A program made the position numbers and the translations under genes. A DNA stretch of 36,780 bases from Eledone cirrhosa (taxonomy: Eukaryota), in NCBI GenBank assembly GCA_964016885.1, contig CAXHJY010000591.1, forward strand, positions 1-36,780, read 5' to 3'. Below the pieces are notes generated by a model. The model had not been told where the DNA came from and searched no databases. It saw only the letters and a list, made by a program, of their open reading frames with translations. Below are positions 26,938-36,780 of this stretch, piece after piece (positions within the stretch are counted from its first letter, which is position 1; each line of letters begins with the position of its first letter).

Positions 26938-27284
26938 GTAAACTGCATTAGGAGAAAATTAGTGACGGAAATTAATGAATGATTATTTAAGCGATCGGTA
27001 ACCGCAAGTGTTGACATTTCAAAATTTTAAAGAAGTGAATCTTAAAATAAGCAACAATATTATTTATATCTAATCAATAATAACAACATTTAGTATATAA
27101 ATTATGTAATATTCATTCATTCTTTATTCAAAGTAATCCAACTTATTGTACAAACGGGAAAAAAAATAAATTGTGGACTCAGTCCCGCCCTTCTTACTTT
27201 ATTATAGTTAAGATTATTATTTGACATTTTATCTAGGGGATTCACTAACCTTTCGTCTCCTAATTTACATTGTCAGTATATTCT

Positions 27285-27322
27285 GACTTCTGATGATAGA
27301 CTACGGTCCAACATGTTAAGAC
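27285..27322 (+). ncRNA. Degenerate hammerhead motif
   Basis: GACUU-CUGAUGA-UAGAC UACG GUCC-[GA lost]AA-CAUG-UU-AAGAC; palindromic ACAUGU. Confidence 0.45.
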
Positions 27323-27346
27323 CTGTTTAACATTAAACTAACATAT

Positions 27347-27811
27347 GTATCAGCCGTACTAAGAGTGAGAAATGAAATTTCATTTTTTTCCATTTATCGT
27401 TTTCGGTACGCCCGGCCGACTAACTTTCTCGATATGCAAATTAGGCTGCTCAGCCGTTAATATGCATAAGGAAAGTATATACTTTCAAACGTTGAATCAT
27501 TGACAGGATGATGAATACGGTGCTGATGACAGCTAATAAGCTAGAAACTACTTCATCGTTCCTTTGTCAGTGTTGAACAAAATGGCAACGATGGTTGCGG
27601 AGCACTGTACGGCTTAATTCGGGCTGTGTGTTTACAAACAAACCGAGCATTATAATAAATGTTCGGTAAACCCATACGTACGTGTATATATGTGTGCATG
27701 TATGTATGTATATACATACTGCTGTACGTCTGTATACATATATGTATGTACGTATAAATACATACATACTTACATTTAAGTATCAGCCGTACTAAGAGTA
27801 AGAAATGAAAT
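27347..27811 (+). mobile_element. Retrozyme-like element, copy 2 (433-bp monomer + 32-bp terminal redundancy)
   Basis: GTATCAGCCGTACTAAGAGT(G/A)AGAAATGAAAT at 27347 and 27780; homologous to 4318-4782; contains HHR. Confidence 0.88.
27518..27558 (+). ncRNA. Type I hammerhead ribozyme (stem III/cleavage site mutated)
   Basis: CGGUG-CUGAUGA-CAGCU AAUA AGCUA-GAAA-CUAC-UU-CAUCG; stem I extends via UGACAGGA/UCCUUUGUCA. Confidence 0.8.
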
Positions 27812-27813
27812 AA

Positions 27814-27848
<35 letters not shown>

Positions 27849-27852
27849 TCTA

Positions 27853-27895
<43 letters not shown>

Positions 27896-28328
27896 GTATG
27901 TATATATATATATATATATATATATAAATGTATGTATATATATATATATATATATAAATGTATATATATATATATATATATAAATGTATATATATATATA
28001 TATATATAAATGTATATATATATATATATAAATAAATGTATATATATATAAATAAATGTATATATATATAAATGTATATGAATAAATGTATATATATATA
28101 AATAAATGTATATATATATAAATAAATGTATATATATATATAAATAAATGTATATATATATATAAATAAATGTATATGTATATATAAATAAATGTATATA
28201 TATATATAAATAAATGTATATGTATATAAATAAATGTATATATATATAAATAAATGTATATATATATAAATAAATGTATATATATATAAATAAATGTACA
28301 TATATATAAATAAATGTACATATATATA
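27814..28328. repeat. (CT)n then (TA)n array, AAATAAATG variant
   Basis: Direct reading. Confidence 0.95.
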
Positions 28329-28329
28329 C

Positions 28330-31277
28330 ACCAGTACTGCTGCTGAATGTCATAGGACTGGTGAAACTCACTAACATGATTAAAATGTCCTACCTCGGAG
28401 ACTTCGCCATAAGCAATCAAGCACTATGCATGGCACTAACTTAAACGCACCTGACAAGCAGTATAGCAGATGCAGAAATACATATACCGAAATATACTGT
28501 ATTTCGTTCGGACAGGAAGGAGAGAACTCATGGTGGGGTTGCTCTGTATATCCGTGAAGATGTCACACCAATTGTACTGTTGACACATTCAAACTTAGTC
28601 TGTGACACACTGATAGTACATATGAAGCAACTACAGACAGTAATACGTGTCACATATCGACCGCCCGATGCCCCAGTCATGAGGGTAAATTGAGGATAGC
28701 CTAAGTAGGATAGAAGAGGTCCTTGACAAACTGAACCAGGGACTCAAAATTCTACTGCTGGAGACTTCAACCTGCCGAAGGTCAAATGGCCTGAGGCCAC
28801 ATCCTCCCTGGAATGACGTCAATAGAACAGAGAAAGACGGAATCCCTGCTGGCCCTCACACACAGGCTGTTCATGGAACAAGCAGTGCTCCTCCAACAAG
28901 AGACGAAAATGTCCTGGACCTCTGTTTTACAAACGAAGTGCTCATCCACAATGTAAAGGTGACACGAACAATTCTCTCGGATCATAACTTAGTAGAACTA
29001 ATATGTGGTCCGAGAGAACAACAGAGACACAACCACCAAGAAGCACCGGGACGTTATCCAGTCTTAACTTCTACGGGGCTTGACACCAACACACGATTTC
29101 AACACTTCATGACAACGATACCAACTATATGCAAGAAGTTTATCACGGAGAAAAAGACAAACAGACACAAAAATCTTATTCCCAGAGATAGGAAAATCCT
29201 CATGGGACGTAGAACCAAGCTCTCAAACCAGTTGAATGCACAACAAGAAAACAAAAACAAGAGGGAACCCTATTCGAAACGTTCACTACTTGACACCGAG
29301 ATTGCACTCAAACTTTCCCATAAAAATGAGAGGACAAAGAAAGAAAGCAGGACCATAGAAAATATTAAAACAAACCCTAAGGCCCTCTTTACATTTGCAA
29401 AAGAAACTGCCACGGTGCACTGCAAGATCGGGCCACTCTTCCATACAGATATATGTGAAATACTGAACGAACAGTACAAAAGTGTATTCACATATCCACT
29501 GAGGCATATACAAATAACAAAGCCAGAGGAGTTCTTTGATGCCACAACACTACATCAAGAAATGGCGATCATCAACCACATAGACATAACGGAGGAGGAT
29601 GTGGTACACGCCATAGATGAAATTAGAACAGACTCAGCTGCTCGACCTGATGGATTCACAGCAGTCCTCTTAAAAACATGTAAGTGGGCCTTAGCAACTC
29701 CACTGAATATGCTCTTGAGAAGCTCCTTGGCTAGCGGTATACTACCCAGGGAGTTGAAAGAAGGCACAATAAGCCCTATCCATAAAGGAGGTAGCAGAGC
29801 GGAGGCCAAAAACTATAGACCAGTCTCCCTGACATCGCATATCAGTAAGGTCATGGACGACTCATCAGAAAGAAACTGATCACTTTCCTCGAGGAAAATG
29901 ACCGCCTGACTAGCAAGCAGCATGGCTTCCGCCCAGGAAGAAGCTGCCTTACACAGCAACTACGTCACTACGACTGGGTACTGAAACAACTGCTAGACAA
30001 CTCACATGTGGACGTGATATACCTTGACTTTGCGAAGGCCTTTGACAAGGTCGACCACGGAATGATATGTCACAAACTAAACAGACACGGCATAACTGGA
30101 AAAATAGGTGAGTGGCTGCATAACTTCTTAAAGGACAGAAGCCAGACAGTCGCAGCAAACGGACAGTCGTAGCCCTCTCAAAGGAAACATCAATAACAAG
30201 TGGGGTGCCCCAAGGCACAGTCCTGGGACCACTACTGTTTTTGGTGGCTCTCTCAGACATGCCCTCTGTAGTACATACAACATCCCTCACAACTATGCTG
30301 ATGACACTAAGATAGCACGGGCAATCAAAAACCCGGCTGACGCTGCCCTTTTACAAGATCTGGATACCATATTCAAATGGGTGGAAGAAATCAACATGCA
30401 GTTTAATGCTGGAAAATTCCAAGCCCTACAATACAAACCTGCAAACGTAAATATACTACAACACAGCTACGCAGGACTAGGAGGGACATATATCCCCATG
30501 TCAAAATCGATACGAGACCTGGGTATAGACATGTGCGATTGTGGATCTTTTTCCGCACACATCATAAGAGTGGCGACAATGTGCCGACGACTCGCTGGCT
30601 GGATCTTGAGGACTTTCAGGACAAGAAACCGTGACACCATGTTGACATTATGGAGGACATTTTTCCTAAGCCCCCTGGCCTATTGCTCCCAGTTGTGGTC
30701 ACCCCATAGTGTCAAACTAACCACGGAGCTTGAGGCAATCCAGCGAAGCTATACCGAGAGGATTTCCACGATGAAGGAGATAAGATAATGGGAGAGGCTA
30801 AAAGAACTGAACCTCTACTACTTGGAATGAAAACGGGAGAGATACGCAGTGATCTACATGTGGAAAATCCTAGAGGGACTAGCACCAAACTTTGGCATTG
30901 AGAGCTGGACCAACCGTCGAACAGGACGTCAATATGTGGTGCCAAAGGTCCCGTCTTCCACATCTAGAATAAGGAACAGATATTGCAATAGCCTGGGATT
31001 CAAGGGTCCTCAACTCTTCAACAAGCTGCCGAGGGATCTGAGAGATTTGCATGGTGTGGATCTGGATGTCTTCAAGAAACATCTCGACATCTTGCTATCC
31101 AGGATCCCGAATGAACCCACAGCAAGGCACGAGGGAAACCTAAGGGCAGCAGCAACAAACTCCTTCTTACACCAGTGGCCAACCAATATAGGCTGGAGAT
31201 AAAATGTGTAGCAACAAGGGCGGTGCCCCAGCATAGCCTCAGCCCGATGGCTGGAACAGATAAAAGAGTAAAAAAGT
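28330..31277 (+). mobile_element. CR1/L2-group LINE, decayed ORF2 (APE + RT) with 3' tail
   Basis: LLLNV, HGGVALY, TYRPP, GDFNLP, ENVLDL, SDHNLV, PDGF, KNYRPVSLTS, QHGFR, YLDFAKAFDKVDH, SGVPQGTVLGPLLF, YADDTK, RDLGI, YCSQLWSP; frameshifts and stops; (TA)n on both sides. Confidence 0.95.
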
Positions 31278-31692
31278 ATTATATATATGTATATATATAT
31301 AAATGTTTTATATATATACACATATATATATATATATAAATGTTTTATGTATATATATATACATATAAATGTTTTATATATCTATATACATATATATAAA
31401 TGTTTTATATATCTATATACATATATATAAATGTTTTATATATATATACATATATATAAATGTTTTATATATATATATATACATATATATAAATGTTTTA
31501 TATATCTATATACATATATATAAATGTTTTATATATCTATATACATATATATAAATGTTTTATATATATATATATACATATATATAAATGTTTTATATAT
31601 CTATATACATATATATAAATGTTTTATATATATATATATATACATATATATAAATGTTTTATATATCTATATACATATATATAAATGTTTTA

Positions 31693-31773
<81 letters not shown>

Positions 31774-31815
31774 AATGTTGTATATATAAATACACATATA
31801 TATATAAATGTTTTA

Positions 31816-31890
<75 letters not shown>

Positions 31891-31969
31891 AAGATACATA
31901 TATATATATAAATGTTTTATATATATATATATACATATATATGTGAAGATATATATATATAAATGTTTT

Positions 31970-32003
<34 letters not shown>

Positions 32004-32015
32004 ATATAAATGTTT

Positions 32016-32051
<36 letters not shown>

Positions 32052-32145
32052 AATGTTTTATATATATATATATATACATATAAAAGCATATATATATATA
32101 TATATACATATAAAAGTATATATATATATATATACATATATATAA
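31278..32145. repeat. Interrupted (TA)n array, AAATGTTT variant
   Basis: Direct reading. Confidence 0.96.
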
Positions 32146-33430
32146 ATCTCTCTATATATATTTAAAAGAATAGAGGTATAACACACGAGTTATGATATAT
32201 TGGTAAACGGAAAAGAAAATGCTGACAAATTGTTCCCAGTGAAAAATAGTTTAATTAGGAATAAGCAAAAATTAGTAATAAGTATTGGTTAGTATTCAGT
32301 TGTAATTGTTTACCGGTTGCGCATTTCTAATGCTTTCCAAAAATAATTTTGAGCGCCCGTGATGTTTGCTCTAATCTGATTAGTTTTGGAAATTCTACCT
32401 GTTTTAATGTGAAAAAACTGGCTCCAGATTTATTAAAATAAGTTTCGCGTCAATTTGTGTTGCAAAAATTCTTGTGGTTAAAACAATTTTGATTGGTCGG
32501 TAGAGGTCATGTGAATGTTAAAAATTGATTTTGCGCCAAATGTAGGTTTGTCTCGGCTGATTGAGAAGTCACTGAAAAATAAGTCTTTTAAGACAAATAT
32601 GTGTGTGTGTGTAGTAGTAGTAGTAGTAGTAAAGAGGTTCATTGTTGTGATAATGGTCAGTAGGGATGCGTGTATGAATTGCAGTTTGTTGACAGGTCAA
32701 CAGTTCAGGTGACTATTAAGACAAGTGTGTGTGTGTGTGTGTGTGTGTAGGAGAGTAATTCGCCGTAGAGGGATCCGTCAGTAGGAATGTGTCTGTGTGT
32801 GGGGGATATTTTAACATGTTAAAAGATATTTCTCAGCTCTTGTCTTATACGGAGAAGTGTGTGTGTGTGTGTGTATATGTCTCTTTGTATGTTAATGTAC
32901 GCGTGTGTATGTGTGTGTGTATATATATGTGTGTGTGTGTGTGTGAATGTGTGTGTGTGTGGGGGGGTGGACCAGTATTTTTGTGATACTGGTAAAAATG
33001 GTGTACATTATTCGATACTTTCAGTAAAAACGATTCTCTCAATAGAACATCAAAAACCTTAATAATAAAAGGTGTGAAATGATATATAGTATTGGCATAA
33101 GACCTAGGCGTGTGTGAGTGTCCAGATTGTACGTACTGCAAAGGGAATCCATTAGGCCTTGCAGTATTGGAATACTTGTGTACAAATATGTATGTGCCCA
33201 TCAGTGTGCAATGCATGTGTGCGTATATGTATGTGTGTGTGTCGGCACGTTTATATCTATAGACATCAAAAGGTATGCAAATTTGTGTATATTTGTGTTG
33301 CACCATAGAACGTATGTGTTTACGTATGTCATTGTGTTTATATGTGGATAGAGATGTATGTAGGATGTATGCTGATGTAGGTATGTATGTTGACGTGTGT
33401 ATGTTGTGGGCTCGTCTTAGGGAAAAGTGT

Positions 33431-34855
33431 TTAGACGGGGTCCGTATTTGTTAATAAAGTGAGATTCCTTGCTGATGCGCTGGGTGTGGGTGGCATTATC
33501 TTTAAATTTGTAGAGGGGAAAGATTCTGAAGTTGGGATGATTTGGGCGGCACAGGTATCAATGTGTTCACTCAGTGGTATTTTCCTGTATTCCCGTATTT
33601 TAATCTGGGATCTATGGACAGTCATGGGTTAGCGGAGGCTGGTTTTTGGTCTGGCCTATGTATTGTTCTCGACAACCTGAGCAAGTTAATACATATATTA
33701 GATTTTCTGATGCGGATGTGAAATTGTGTTTTACTATAAAACGTTGTCCTTCTTTGAAATAGAATTCCGAACCCTATATTAAGTTGATGCATATGCCACA
33801 GTTGGAGCTTTCGCATTATTTTACTGTGGGTTTCGTTGTTGTGGTTGGCAGTTTTTTGGCATGTGTTAGGATGTTTTTCATTGACTTAGATTGTCTTTTG
33901 CTCTTTATAATATCGTGTGTTCGTAGGATTTGGTTCATTCTATGGTCCTTTTTCAACACAGGGATGTTCTGGAGGATGGTGTCAAAGGTCTCATTGTGTG
34001 GAGATGTATGGAAGAGCTTTTAGTTTCGGTTGATTTACTTTAGGGTGTCTAAGGTCCTGGGTACTGAGTTTTAGGCCACGTTGGATTCCATTGTCACTTA
34101 GTGATGCAGGGTAGTCCCTGCCTATGAGTGTGTCCTTTAGTTCTTGTAGCCGTAAGTAGCAGGTGTTTTTATTGGAGACTATAGTACAGATCCTCTTGGC
34201 TAAGTTATAGGGAATATTAATTTTAACGTGTCTAGGGTCGCAAGAGTTGAAAGGAAGATATTGCTTGGAGTCTGTGGGCTTGTAGTATATGTCTGTTTCT
34301 ATTTTTTTGTTATGGATCTTAATAAGGATGTCGAGGAAGGGGAGTTGTTGTTGGCTGTATTCCATCGTTAAATTAATATTCGTGTTGAGCCCATTTATAA
34401 AGGTGTGAAATTCTTTAAGTTTCTCGATGTTTTCGTGCCAAAGGTTGAAGCAGTCATCTAGATATCGCTTCCAGTTCCTTTTTATGTGTAAGTGGAGAGT
34501 GTTTCTAAATTTGTTTAGGACTTTAGTGTAGAGGGTGATTTCCAGATATCCCATGACTAGGTTGGCATAAGTGGGGGCTGTTTTCGTTCCCATAGCGGTC
34601 CCAGATTTCTGCCTGTATGGTTTGTTATTGAAAACGAAGTAATTGTCCTCCAAGATAAATTTGAGACACTATCACGAATTCATTTTTGATGCGTTGTGGG
34701 AGTTCATTGTGGTAATTATCCAGCCAGAATTGGATAGCTTCTATTCCTAGGTTGTGGGGGATGTTGGAGTATAGGTTGACTACATCGAACGTCACTAGTA
34801 GGGTTTGTTCAGAAAGGGGCATATTAGGGAGGTGATTGAGCATATCTAGGTCGTT

Positions 34856-34857
<2 letters not shown>
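33431..34857 (-). pseudogene. Penelope-like (Neptune-like) RT + GIY-YIG, 5'-truncated and frameshifted
   Basis: FDVVNLYSNIPH, GTAMGTKTAPTYANL, RYLDDCF, LPFLDI, YYKPTDSKQYL, KCESSNCGIC, NLIYVLTCSGCREQYIGQT, MTVHRSQI...SEHIDTC. Confidence 0.94.

Positions 34858-36780
<1,923 letters not shown>

Noticed and set aside
32310-32335. GAAA-UGCGCA half-hammerhead on minus, downstream of the Neptune-like PLE
   Set aside because: No CUGANGA or UH site found, so the PLE's 3' end could not be defined.

Overview
AT-rich, repeat-saturated eukaryotic (metazoan) non-genic DNA. The SINE and LINE-tail motifs look cephalopod/Octopus-like; this is an inference from memory, not a database result. Roughly half the window is interrupted (TA)n and other simple repeats, so the long YIYI/VVVV/HHHH ORFs are artefacts. 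No host gene is supportable. Between the microsatellites lie decayed retroelements: four Penelope-like (PLE) pieces of at least three RT/GIY-YIG types, an RTE LINE with an inverted 5' half, a ~3 kb CR1-type LINE, LINE tails and a SINE fragment. The most interesting signal is RNA-level. About ten complete, degenerate or half type I hammerhead ribozyme (HHR) motifs occur, most with a palindromic stem III. Three of them belong to a ~435-bp non-coding family (4318-4810, 22296-22567, 27347-27811) with terminal redundancy at shifted endpoints, a 5' fold-back and compensatory stem changes. This family looks like a retrozyme / non-autonomous PLE that could produce small circular RNA.
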